A stretch of 64,000 bases of DNA from Torpedo marmorata. Lineage: Eukaryota. The stretch is taken from the NCBI GenBank assembly GCA_977017645.1, contig OZ360225.1, positions 56,420,001 to 56,484,000 of the forward strand, in the 5' to 3' direction. Positions 1 through 12,447 of the stretch are shown one piece after another. How positions within the stretch are numbered: position 1 is the stretch's first letter; every line of letters starts with the position of its first letter. The position numbers and the translations under genes are program-made. The notes below the pieces were generated by a model. It did no database searches and was not told the origin of the DNA. It saw only the letters and a list, made by a program, of their open reading frames with translations.

Positions 1-627
1 CAGAGAAAACAACCCAAATTTGTCCAACCTCTCCTTGTAGCTCATGCCCTCTGGTCCAGGCAGCATCCTGGTAAATCTTTTCTGTAGTCTTTCCAAAGGC
101 TCCACATCGCTCCTGTAATGGAGCGACCAGACTTGCACGCAATTCCACTTCTCTTGGTAATGCTCCACTTTACTTTGTAATGATCAGCAAAAACATGATG
201 CACCACTGTTAGATTGTCATGAAGTACCACCTGAGATCTACAAACTAAAAGATTGAAAATTCTCTAGCTAATTTAATGGAAAAAAAATGGGAAAATAAAA
301 TGGGAAAATATTAATTGAATTCATATTCAGTTTTATTATCACAGCATATCTTCTGTTGCTTTTGGTCTTGGACCCACAAGGCAGTATTACATTAGACAGT
401 CCAAGGAAACTAGATCACTGTAGCTGTTCATTTTAGTACCATAATTCTCTGTGGAATGGTGTTTTTTTTAGGTCTTCACTGAAATTCTTTCATGTATTGT
501 ACATCCCAAGTTATCAAATGTAAAATAACTAGATAATAGTAATGCAGAGACAAACATAATGTACACATGGATTGAAAGAGAAGATGCAAAAGCAAAATAC
601 TGAGGATTCTATAAATTCTGACTTGAA

Positions 628-1030
628 GAATCAGAATCAGAATCAGAATCAGAATTTATTGTCATGAACAAGTCATGAAATTCGGTGCTTTGTGGCAGCA
701 TCATAGTGCAATTAACATTCATATTAACCATTCTAATGACATTACTATATAAAAAAAATTATACACAATAGTGCACTAGTGTCTTTGGTTCATTGATTGT
801 TCAGGAATCTGATGGCAGCGGGGAAGAAGCTGACCTTGTGCCGTTGAGTGCTCGTCTTTAGGCTCCTGTACCTTTTCCCCGATGGAAGCAGCGTGAAGAG
901 GGCATGGCCTGGGTGGTGGGGGTCCTTGAGGATAGAGGCTGCTTTATTAAGACATCGCCTCATGTAGATGTCCTCGATGGAGTGAAGTTTGGTGCCCGTG
1001 ATGTCACAGGCCGAGTTAACAACCTTCTGG
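628..1030 (-). mobile_element. Rex1/Babar-like 3' fragment
   Basis: (GAATCA)n tail followed by TTTATTGTC at 628-663; antisense RT C-terminal remnant (LLPSGKRYRSL). Confidence 0.75.
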
Positions 1031-1589
1031 AGTTGAGATTGCTGGGAATACTCATCATATCAGGATGCATCAGGTTAATGATCTTTGTCAAAACCTATAC
1101 TGAAAGGTTACAAACTTGAATTGTTCATTTAGTTTCTCTGGAGAAAAGGTGTTGATTAATCAATGCATTTAAAGTCTCTCTGAATAATAAATATGTACCA
1201 TGGCATTTGGGCTACTATATCTCAACAGATGCATGGGAATGTGAGATTGTCACTTCTATAGATCCACTAAACATTGGAATGTGGGGATTTTTTGAAATGG
1301 GATTAATGTAGGATTAGTGTAAATGGCAGTTGATGGTTAGAACAACTTCAGTGGGCCAAAGAGCATGTTTCAATACTGCATCTCTCGATGACTGCATGAT
1401 ATTCCAATCAGCTGCTCCAAGTGGGCCTTGCAGCATCCATAGAAAGCAAGAGGCAGTTGACGTTTCAGGCCTGGGCCCTTCTTCAGGTGTGCTGAAAGTC
1501 AGGCAGACTTCCGATTAAGAAGCTGAGGTTGGGGGTGGGGGCAAGAGGAGCACAGGCTAGCAGGGGATAGATGGCCTTGAATCTGGTAT

Positions 1590-2050
1590 GTGGTTCCATA
1601 CTCGTGTATCTTCTGTCTGAAGGGAGGGGGAAAAGAGAGTGTGATAGGGTGGAATGTGTCCTTCAATATGTTGGCTGTTTTCCTGAGGCAGCAGGAGGTG
1701 AAGATAAAGTGGATGAAGGGGAGGTTGTGTGATGGCCTGAGCTGCTTTCACATCTCTACAGTTTCTCGTAGTCTTGGGCAGAGCAATTCCCGTACCATGC
1801 TGTGATGCATCCGGACAGGATAAAATCTATGATGCTTCTATAAAAATTGGTGCTGGGTGCTGGAATGTGCTATATTTCCTTCGGCTTCTGAGGAAATAGA
1901 GGTGTGAGAATGCTTCTTTGGTTGTAACATCAACATGGTTGGAGCAGGTCAAGTTATTGGTGATATTTACTCCTAAATATTTAAACCTCTCCACCATCTC
2001 CACTTCAGTATTGTTAATATAGACAGGGCTCCTCCACATTTGACAGACAG
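1590..2050 (-). mobile_element. Rex1/Babar-like RT C-terminal fragment
   Basis: ORF 1827..2069 VEMVERFKYLGVNITNNLT...LYFLR parallels ORF 49180..49848. Confidence 0.75.
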
Positions 2051-3129
2051 TTGAAAGATCAGGAAGCAATTATTGGGGTAGATGTGGAACAAGGTCTGTT
2101 TTTAAAAACTATCCAACTTAAGATTTTGAAAGGAAATTCACATTCTAGATAGGATTGACACTTGAAACAGTGGGGATGGGACCAGTGGAGCTAGCAGTGG
2201 GGCAGGTGGGAGCATTGTTACCACCAGGCCCTAAAGGTAAGGGCTCTTTGCAAGTGCCTGATTGAGTAAATTCTACATCCACTGTATCAACAGTGGATTC
2301 TGAGTAAAATTCATCCCAACCCCCCCGCCCCCCACCCAACACCCCACCCAAGCCATCCCAACACCATGAGAAACCAGCTTGACCACTGATATGGAGCCAA
2401 GATGTGAGTTTGGATTTAGAAGACACATCTGACATAATCTCTCTGAATGGGAGCCCAGGCGTAAGCAGCCGAATAGCCTCCTCCAGTTTCAATGCACCCA
2501 GCTGCAACTCCTTGTCTTCTGTAAATATGTGGTCAAGTCAAGTCAATTTGAGAATAAAGGGGTCTTTAAATCTAATCTGGCATGCAGAAAAACTACTTAA
2601 AATAAACTTGGCAGGATCTGTAAGAGCTCTTTTGTCGAGTAACTCAGATTTCTTGATGTGTGGGGTGGAGGAAATCCATGTGATGCATTTCTTTAAATAT
2701 TCAGTTGTGGTGTATGCTCTGTGGTGAGTGCTGCCAGACAGCACACAAGGACATTGTGATAATATTCTGGATCCACACTACTGCACACAGCCAATGATGG
2801 AAAACTACAACAATTAGAAAGATCCAGGAAAATTTTTATTTCAACTTTGCTGAAACATTTTCCTTGTAGAAAACAATGTACTGTATATGCAACTGCACTT
2901 GTGATGTGTTTTGGTGAATCCATTGCAAAGTCAGACAAAAAAAAATCTCCATTCACATTGCCCAATTTCCAGGCAATGAAACGGACTACAATGAAAACTA
3001 ACATTATTAGAAAGGACTTCTGATGTTTTAGCCATTAACAGGTAAACCTACTTGAAACATACCTTGGGTGGTGACATAATCTTGACACGTGTTGGCTTTC
3101 CCACTACTGCTGAAAGTGTCTTTTGGTTA

Positions 3130-3470
3130 GGAATGAGCCGTGCGGCATGGAAACCACACTTTGGCCCACTGGATCCGTGGGTACCATCAAATATCCATTA
3201 TCAATAACCCTACACTGATCTGATCATATTGTCCCCCCATTCCCAGCTGTACTTCCCAGATTCTACCACTTACACTCACACTTAGGACAACTTACTGTGA
3301 CCAATTAACCCACCAATCTGCACGGGATGTGGGAAGAAACTGGAGGATTGAGGTGAAAGGTATGTGGTCACAGGAGAATGTGTAAACTCCACACAACAGC
3401 AGTGAAAGTTAGGATTGAACCCACGTCCCTGCATCTGTGCGGCAGCAGCTCTACCAGCTGGACCATGGTG
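3130..3470 (-). mobile_element. Older V-SINE (similar + strand copies at about 9975-10290, 22025-22310, 29905-30100 and 59110-59400)
   Basis: GGTTCAATCCT B-box and GTGTGGAGTTT V-domain remnants. Confidence 0.7.
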
Positions 3471-3499
3471 TCACCCTGAAGAGTGATTCCTGAGCTTTG

Positions 3500-3800
3500 G
3501 CGGTGAGAGCGCTGAATTTTAACTACTTGACTGCCAGGCCCTTTCTGTTGCCTTGGATGGATATAAAAAGATCCCATCGTATCATTTTGAGGAAACAAGT
3601 AGGAGAATTTTTCTGATAACCCATCTACTATTCATACCTCTATCAACTAAAATCACTAAATCCAATTATCTGGTCTTTATAAGATCATTTTGCAGAAAGG
3701 ATATTGTTATGACAGTAATCATACTTCAAAAATGCTTAATTGGCGGTAAAGTGCTTTAAGATGTCCAGATGTTTGGCAATGTGAATGCAAGTCTTTCTTT
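3500..3800 (+). mobile_element. Deu-domain SINE remnant (SacSINE1/AmnSINE1-like)
   Basis: AAAAGATCCCAT...ATTATCTGGTC...ACTTCAAAA...AATGCAAGTCTTTC resembles the remembered Deu-SINE body and tail. Confidence 0.6.
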
Positions 3801-5569
3801 ATCCCTAAGGACCTGCCTTAGGAAGAACTATTGAGGCCCAGGCTCAAGTAGATAATTGGAGATGGAAGATTGTGAAACTAATTGTTCCTTTTCCTGCATA
3901 TGCACTTTTGTCATCAAACCCTCTGGCAGTATTGTAGTTCAGAAGATTGATTTCCAGGGTGCAATTGCTTGAATCCAGAAAGAAAAGCAAAGCTATGTAC
4001 CTGGTTCTTGTGTTGCCATACTTTCCTCTTTAATCCTTCTATTTGTGTTTCTGCTAACACTGCCCAACCTGATTACTTTGCTGACAGGGATTGTTTTCCC
4101 AGTTTGTTGGCATTGTCCTTAATCTCTGACTCACTCTATATGCTCACAATAATGTTTGTGTCAGAATATGAAATAGAAATGTTTCTGCTCATAAGGCATC
4201 TTCTGTGAACTTCTGCATCAGGTGTTTCACAACCATTGAAGAACCTTTGAGATGATATCTCTGTTACAATGCCATAACCAATATCCGTACGGCAGGATTC
4301 TACATATTGCATTAAGCCAAGGGAACTTGTTATGTGGTGATGTTATTTTGGAATTAAATGATAACCAGAACATCAGGAGAAAGTGAAGCAGAAAATGCCT
4401 GCCATAATCAGCAGGTTAAGCAATGATGATGCAGGGAAAAACAGCATTCCGATTGCTAACCTTTCAACTGCTTTAGCAAATTGAAACAGGGCGTCTTGTA
4501 ATTGCACCCTTGGTGAGTGGTCAAAAGATCAAATGTTGCCAATATCAGGAGGAAACAAAAACAGGCGGCATCTCTGCCAAGTATCTCTCATAGATTCTCC
4601 TGGAGTCTCCTGGATTGGAAGCTGGATCTTCCTGGCACAGGCTAACCTTCTGCCTGTGTTGAGGGAACTGCTGGTCTGTGGAAATTTGGATGGCCTTTGG
4701 CTGTCCACTAGTACCTGGTGTACTGTGGTTTCATGGAAGATCCCATAGTACAGACATAGGGGATTTCCAAGAGTAGGAAGCTTAAATGTTCAGTTTATTC
4801 TCCAGAGCACCCCAAAGAGAAGGGAGGGTATTTATCCCCAATCACCACTTATGCTTCCAGTCCTTACAAAACTTTGCTAGGTCAGAATAATCAAGACTGT
4901 CCCCAGGGCCCAACTGCCTAATTAAAGAAGGACCCCAGTAATATTATTTGGTTGTATTTGCTCCCTGCTCAGAACATTTGTTAAAAGTTGAAAATGGCAT
5001 GACATCAATGGAATTAAATATTAGACGAAACATAGAGTGGACAACTGATCCATTGCCATTTGATATGAACTTGTACCCTAAGGTCTTCCCTTGAATTGGA
5101 GACGCATGATCCTGGAGGAACTCAGCCAGTCAGGTAGCAAGTGTGAACGGTTGAAACTTTGAGTCAAGTCCCTCCATCAAGACTGATCCTCATTCTTCAG
5201 CAGCTCTCTTTTGGTTCAGATTTCAGCATTTGCAGTCTCCTGTGTCTCTAATTCAAGAGAAGACTTTAGGGAACAATTTCGTATTGAGTGGGTCATGATG
5301 GAGGGTCTCGATTCGAAACGTTGACTTTCCATTTCCCTCCACAGATGCTGCCTGACGCGTTGAGTTCTTGCAGCAACCTGTCTTCCCTTGAATCCCTCTA
5401 AAGATCACAGGCTTGGCTGTTCAGCCCTACTCTTTCTTGCATGATTTCCCGATAGGTTCCTGGATACTACACCTGGGTAGTTAATTGGGTTTGACAGCAT
5501 GGGAGAATTCAGGAAAGCTTGTCCACAAGGCAAGGAAAGTGATATGCCCCACAAAAGAAGACAATACAT

Positions 5570-6300
5570 TTGGAGTATTGTGTTGCTCAATTATTGGAAG
5601 GATGTTATTAAGCTGGAAAGGGCATGGAAAATATTCACGATACTGTTTCCGGTATTGAAGGACTAGAGTTCTAAGGAGATGCTGAATAGGCTGGGACTTT
5701 TTTCCCTGGAATGGAGCAGGCTGAGGGGAGACCTTGTAGAGGTATCTAAAATCATGAGAGGCATAGATAAGGTGAATGATCAGTCTTTTTCACAGCATAG
5801 GGGAGACTAAAACTAGAGGGCATAGATTTAAGGTGAGAGGAAAGATTTAAAGGGCCACATTTTCCAGAAAGAGGAAGGTGGGTATATGGAATTAGCAATG
5901 TGGTAGAAACGAGTAAAATTACAACATATAAAAGACAGGTACATGGGTAGGAAAGGTTTAGAGCAGCCATTCTCAATCTTTGTTTTGGCTATGGCCCCCT
6001 TAGGACTCTGCTGAAAGTTTATGGGCCCCCTTCCCTGTGAAGCAGTCAAGTTTAGTTGGTTTTTTCCATACTTCTCTTCTACCGAATACATAAAAAACAT
6101 AAAAAATATTTTATGATTTCAGTCCGTGCCCCTCCTCCCCTTAAATGTTCTGTGGCCCCAGTATAGCCCCCGTTGAGAATGGCTGGTTTAGAGGGATATG
6201 GTCCAAATGCAAGCTAAGTGGATTAACTCAGGGAGCCAACTTGGTTGGCATGAACAAGTTGGGCTGAAGGGCCTGTTTCCATGTTGTATAATTCTATGGC
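5570..6300 (+). mobile_element. CR1 3' fragment (host of the MITE at 5964-6185)
   Basis: Similar to the 3' end of the CR1 at 44670-46225; ends gggcctgtttccatgttgtataattctatg. Confidence 0.8.
5964..6185. mobile_element. hAT-type MITE inserted in a CR1 3' end
   Basis: TIR CAGCCATTCTCAA / TTGAGAATGGCTG; 8-bp TSD GTTTAGAG at 5956-5963 and 6186-6193. Confidence 0.92.
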
Positions 6301-6403
6301 TCTAACTACTTCTCAGATGAATATTTAAGATTAATTATGTGCTTAAATTGAAGGTAATTTCTGTAAAGAGAAGTATTTTCCTCATTTTACATGATCCTTT
6401 CAG

Positions 6404-6569
6404 AATCGGTGTGTCCTACAAGAATCCCTGTTGTGGCACGTGATGAGAAGGGCTTTGAACTGATGTTGGGCTTTAAAATCCCACAAAAAGCTCAGGAAAT
6501 TTCTGGATCATTGACCACAGGAACAGGTTTTCTATTGACGGCTGAAATTGATGTGACTGAAAACACCAG
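6404..6569 (+). CDS. COL21A1: Collagen XXI-like exon: end of VWA linker and start of TSPN domain (ESVCPTRIPVVARDEKGFELMLG...DVTENTR)
   Basis: tttcag acceptor at 6398-6403, gtatgg donor at 6570; 166 nt, phase 1 to 2. The peptide matches the remembered collagen XXI motif ESVCPTRIPVAARDERGF. Orthologue versus paralogue is unresolved. Confidence 0.9.
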
Positions 6570-9195
6570 GTATGGTTTATAGTTAAAAATGTTATAATTC
6601 GATTTCTGTTTAAGAGTATGGGTTCATAGAGCATCAACACAGTAACACAGCAGGAAGGCAGCTACTGCCAAGGACATTAATGGCTAGAAATAACAAAGAC
6701 CTATTGGCCAACACCTTGCTGTAATTAACAGTAATGTTATGCATTGGAGAAACAAGTCCTACAGCCCAGCATGTCCATGCCAACTATCACATGTTATCTG
6801 TACCAAACCCATTCGCCAGCACTTGCTCCCTAGCCTTCTATGTTTCGGCAATTCAAGTGCTCATATTGGTACTTAAGTGTTGTGAGAGTTCCTGTCTCGA
6901 ATGCTCACTCAGGCAAGGCGTCCTAAATCCATCACCACATTTGATCTAACCAATCCTGTGAAACATGCACTATTTATATTCTACGATCTCTACAATCTTG
7001 TAACTTAAAATATTGTTTCAAATGGTTGAGAGACAGAAGCAGAAGTATTTGAGTACTCTTGTACATGAGCCACAGGTTAACAAGCAGATGCAGTAACTAT
7101 TTGTGAGGGCAGTGTATAGTTAGCAACCCCAGTGCTGTTGGAGACTAAGAGTAAAGGAGTTATGCTGCAATGATGATCTGCTCTCCCTGCCTAAGGAATA
7201 CCATACTAGTGTTGAAGGGGTACAGTGAAGGTTCACTGGACTGATTCGGATTTCAAGATTGTGAGATTGATTGAGTAGAATGGGCCTGATTATCAGACAG
7301 GGATATGAGCTCATGATATGGTTAACATTTTTACATGGCTTTGCAGGACAGATGTTGAGAGTGTTTCGATAAAATGGAGTGTCAAGAACTAAGAGTCTTG
7401 ATCTTAGATTTAGGTCAACCATTTAATACAGAGATAAGGTCCGCTTTATTCATTCAGTGGGTTATGAATCTTTGGAAATCCCAAACCCAGAAAGCTCTAG
7501 TTCTCAGCAACTGTTTACTTAAGGCAGAGGTCATTGATTTTTGAGCCAAGGGATGTGGGAAAAAGGGTGGGAGGAGAAGTGAATCTGAGGAATAGAATTA
7601 GCTCTGATCTTGCTGAATTATGGAGCAGAGTCTAGGAACTGTATGGTTAATTCTTTTCCTCTTCCTTGTGTTGGTACACTAGTCAAATGTATTTGATCAT
7701 CAAACTATAAATAGATAATATTAAAACTGCAGCACTTATTTCAGAATACACCCAGTTCTAATTGTGCAAGATTAATACAATTTTAAAGCAAGTTTGGGAT
7801 CATAATCCATTGGAGTAGTTTGAAGGAAATTATGTTACATGAAACATTATCAGGTATCTCCACAGGAAGTCTTCGGTATGGTAATGAGAATTTATAAATA
7901 CTCACAGAGTTCAATCTTACAAAATGCAAAGCTTGCTTGTCAGGAAATGTTATTCTTGGATCTGAAACCTGACTCTCCCTAGACAAAAAACATTTAATCT
8001 GAAAACCTCAGCAGATGCCTCTTTATAACTTAAATTTGAACTGACATGATGAATAATATTTGTATCACACTGAAACAAAATGCACATTTGCAGCGAAGTG
8101 ATTACAGTGCTAAAATTAATTGACACTTTTGCAAAATTGTCACAAAATTAATTTGTATTGTTGAGCAGTTAAGAATGTCTAAACCAGATTTGGAACCACA
8201 GTGTTGTATTCAAGTGGAACTTTCATCAAATGTTGCGTTCACCACATGATTTTCCTTTCCAGTTGTGTAAATAGGCAAACAATTATCTGATGCTTTGTTC
8301 CATTTTCCAGTTCCCAGAGCTACATTTCTAAAGTTGACTTTAAGACTTAGATCTGTGCTTCAAATATTTATTTGGTTTATGCTGCTATGATTTGCAATGT
8401 ATTATTTCTACACAAAATATAATGCTCTAGTGATTGATTTTGGAAACAGAATATATAAGTAGTCTACTAGCTCCAGTAATAAGATTAATACCTACTAGTT
8501 CTGAGTAAGATACCACACTTTTTTATGCCAGTTTTCTTGAAACTTTTATATTGGATAAGCCATTTTTAAATAAACAAAAATTTGTCCTGCTGTTAAAGCA
8601 TAATGCATAATTTGGCTCAGATCCACTTTTTTGTAGTCCTCTCTCTGATGAGTAGGTGCATTGTGAAGATGATGAGGTGCCTTTTACTGCTGTTATTTTA
8701 GAAGGTGCTTTCGATGTTGCTAGTTTTGCTGCTATAGGCTAGAGATTGATTATGTTCCACCTTGTCTTCTTACTATCTCCTTTTTGATAATATAAAGCTT
8801 TGGATAATCAATATTGTTAGCTTTAACTGCATTCCAAGTTTTCATCATTGGATCCTCCACCTGCATAGCTTGTCTTCTCACGAACTTGGGTAAAGATTTA
8901 ACATGGTTGTTATAATGTTGGCTTCCATTCACATGTGCATCTGCCAGTCATAGTCTTAATTAATATTGGCCTTGAGGAGACGTATTTTGTTTGGCAGGTT
9001 GTTTTATATTTTCTGCTATTGAATAGCTAGGCTGAAGATTTCATGTTGGTCCTGGACTTGACAATAAGATAAGGTTTGTGTCTTGCTTGATCTCTCTGCA
9101 TTTGACAATTTTCCTCTTGGCTGCTTAAATATGTCTCTCTATGAAACTATGTCCTCTCTGTGGAGATGGGGGTCATGATATTGAACCTGCAACAC

Positions 9196-9930
9196 TCAAG
9201 ATTCAAGATTCAATTTATTGTCATAGCAATAAGACAGTGTCATATTCCATGAAATTTCTTTTTGCCTGCTGCAAGGCAGACAGTTTCGCCACCGGCAGAA
9301 GTTGCCTAAGCGCCTCTAACATTCCTTACAGTCAGAGAAAGAGAAGCAAAAGAGAGTCCCCCCAGAGTCACCGAGTGTCCTTAGATTCGCCTCCAGCGCT
9401 TCCGCAGCCTCCGCAGCCACACAAAGTCCAGTCCAAACCATCGGCAATCCGAGCTCCAGATCCGAACCTCCGACACGGTCAGGTCGCCCTTGGCACCCCC
9501 TCGCATCCCGGTTCCGATACCTGGTACTCCTCCAGCCAGTTCGAGCCATCCTCCAGCAGTCCGCAGCCCGGCGTGAGTCCCCCGACAGCAGTCTCCAGCA
9601 GCTCACAGCCTCCGCGGGTTCCTCGCCTTGAGTCGCCAGCAGCCTGCCGCATGCACTGGTCCTTCAGCCTCAGAGCCCCTCACTGGTCCGCCGCCGTGGT
9701 CACTGTCCCGTGGGTCGTCTCCTCCGCTTCTCCTTCTCAGACGGGGGGGTGATCTTCCCGTACTCTGGTGCCCTGCTCCAGTCCTCTGCTTCCCCGGAGT
9801 CTGCAGCCCCTCGTGGCTGCTGCCGACTAATAGGCGCTGCCATCTTGGGCGCAGACCCCGCGATCTTAAATAAAACCACCGTCGACTCCTTTAACGGGCC
9901 GTTCAAAGCTGGGATTAGGGGTGCTGTTGT
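9196..9930 (-). mobile_element. CpG-rich non-autonomous retroelement with a Rex1-type (TCTTGAA)n tail
   Basis: TCAAGATTCAAGATTCAATTTATTGTC tail at 9196-9222, also present as a short copy at about 18870-18920; no RT coding; GC-rich body. Confidence 0.6.
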
Positions 9931-11879
9931 AATTTGTTGAGGCGTTTCATGTGGGAATTTAGAGGCACAATTGTGAGATGCAGGGCAACGCAATGATGCA
10001 ACTAGTGGAACTGTCACCTTGCAACTCCACTGACTTAGGTTCAATCCTGACTTCCAGTGCTGTCTGTATGGTGTTTGCATGTTCTCCCTGCGATAGCATG
10101 TGTTTCCCCCAGGTGCTCTGGTTTCTTTCCAAGGATGAATGGGTTGCTTTGTTGGTTTCTGTAAATAGCCCCTAGCATGTAGTTGAGTGGTAGAATCTGG
10201 AGAGAGAAATGTGTGAAAAATTAGTGGAGAGAATGGGAGTCCACTGTGAGTCAGCAGCGACAATGATGAGTTTAAATGGCCTCTTCCAAAGTCACTTTCC
10301 TTGTGCATAAACAATCAGCTCAAACAGTATGCCATAGCTAGTGTGTTTCTCTAATTTTGACATGCAGCAAGTTGACACGATTCTCTCTATATTTTATAAA
10401 TATTAATCTGATATACAGCTGATCAAGCTCTCAGTTTGCAGGTCTTGTGATCTTCAATCTTCATGTTTTCTTTTGGAGTCAATCTTTTTGGATCTGTTTG
10501 ATTATGTGGATTCCGGATCAAACCAGTAGAAAGCAATATTCCACTGAGGCACCATCCTTGATTGTCTGATAACCTCTTGTTGCTCACTCTGTTTGTTTCA
10601 CCATTCCAGACCACCCCTGAATCATTTGCCGAGGATCTTGCTTAGCTTTGTGGTGTCACATTTACTCGGTAATGCTTCTTCGCATCTAGATCTGCCATTT
10701 CATGAGTTACTTGCAGTGACAGGCAAGAGAATACATCTGCCAGCACCAATCATTTTCCAAGTTTGTATTTTGGAATGAAATCATAACTCTGAAACCTCAA
10801 CAGTAATCTTTTCAGCCTTGTTGGCACTCTATGAAGGTTCCTTTTAATAGATTTGCTCTGGAGTCAACGTCATCTTCCAGTGCAAATTTCCTTTAGAGAT
10901 GGGTGTGAGACTTCCTGCATCAACCCAAGATTGCTAATTGCTCTCTTTCTCTGTTGGCATGTCTTGTTTCTGCCAATACGAAAGTTTTATTTGCAGATAG
11001 TTGCTCTCAGACTTTGTATGGAGGTATCTACATGTAAAGTGATGGTTTGTTTTCTTTTGTAGCATGACTGGTTTGTCTCAATGAACTACTTTCATAAGTA
11101 CCTTTCATTAGCTCTCAGGCTGAGTGTATGTCCTGACATGTGCTCAATTAAGTACTTCATGATTAACCCCAGAAGGTTTCTCAGCTCTTTCTTGTCCTCT
11201 TGTACAGTTAGCTCCTCTTGGAGATGACAACCATGGGCTTTCTCACCACTCCAAGACCTGGATGTCATCATTTATGCTAATTCTTCCTCTGTAAGTCTTG
11301 TCAACTTGCTGCCAAAGTGCATCGTGGCATATGTAATGTCAAGATGTTGCCGCTTGTATCATTCAAGTGGTGTGATGAATGTTGTCAACTGGGAAGATTC
11401 CCCATTAAGATAAACATAAGACAGTGGAAAATTAGGGGAGGGTTCAATAGATTATAATTCTCAAAATATCCGACTCTTTGAGTGAAACATTCTGGGTACA
11501 GAGCATTGTGTATCCCATAGTCTCGGACCATTCCAAGTTGTGAATGTTGCCTCCTCCTGACATGAAGTCACTTTATTTCAAGGCACTTTGCTTTTGATAT
11601 CTATTTTCTTTCATGTTTTCAGGGGAAATCTTTCTTTTAGCATAAACTGAACAGATTGATATTAGTTTGTGTGCCTGTACCTAAGTGAGTTTAAGATTGA
11701 TGGGTGTTGGTTATTTCCTGCAATTTCCATGTTCTGAATGGTAGCTTTTGGCCCATGAGCCTGTCCCGCCCAATTGACCTACAACCCCGGTACGTTTTGA
11801 ACGGTGGAAGGATGGTAGCTTTCATCACTCCAGGAAATGACCCATCCAGTCGCTCCATCTATTTATTAATTGATTTATT

Positions 11880-12105
11880 TATTTTTAACGATACAGCATG
11901 GTAGAAGGCCCTTCCAGCACATGACACCTGTGCTTCCCAATTGCACCCAGTTAACCTACCGACCCCGTACATTTTGAAGGTTGGGAGAAAAATGGAACAC
12001 CCGATGAAAACCCACGCAGGTCATGGGGAGAATGTACAAACTCCTTATAGACAGCGCTGGATTCGAACCCAGGTTGCTGGTGCTGTAATAGCGTTGCACT
12101 AACCA
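11880..12105 (-). mobile_element. V-SINE (HE1-like)
   Basis: Reverse-complement similarity to 12229-12447. Confidence 0.8.
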
Positions 12106-12228
12106 CTTCATACAAATGTACAGCTCCAATATCTATTGTGTCCTCAAACTCTCTGTCACCTTCCATGATGTGAACAGACTGGTTTCCTGCCTTTGCCATT
12201 TGATTCTTTAGCTTTCCTTTGATGTTAA

Positions 12229-12447
12229 GGCTGGCACGGTTAGCGTAGCAAGCGATTGGGACCGGGGTTCGAATCCGGCGCTGTCTGTAAGGAGTTTGTA
12301 AGTTCTCCCCATGTCAGCATGGGTTTCCTCCGGGCTCTCCGGTTTCCTCCCGCCGTTCAAAACATACCGGGGTTTTAGGTCAATTGGGCGGGACGGGCTC
12401 ATGGGCCGAAAGGGCCTGTTACCGTGCTGTATGTCTAAATTTAATTT
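12229..12447 (+). mobile_element. tRNA-derived V-SINE (HE1-like)
   Basis: A-box-like TGGCACGGTTAGCG, B-box GGTTCGAATCC, V-domain GGAGTTTG...GGTTTCCTCCC and a CR1-like tail. Confidence 0.85.

Noticed and set aside
1-6403. VWA-domain exon of the collagen
   Set aside because: No DxSxS/VWA-like ORF is present; it is presumably upstream of the window.
9141-9752. 203-aa Pro/Ser-rich ORF and overlapping 204-aa ORF 9700..10314
   Set aside because: Both run across repeat boundaries in GC-rich sequence, with no domain and no supporting splice structure.
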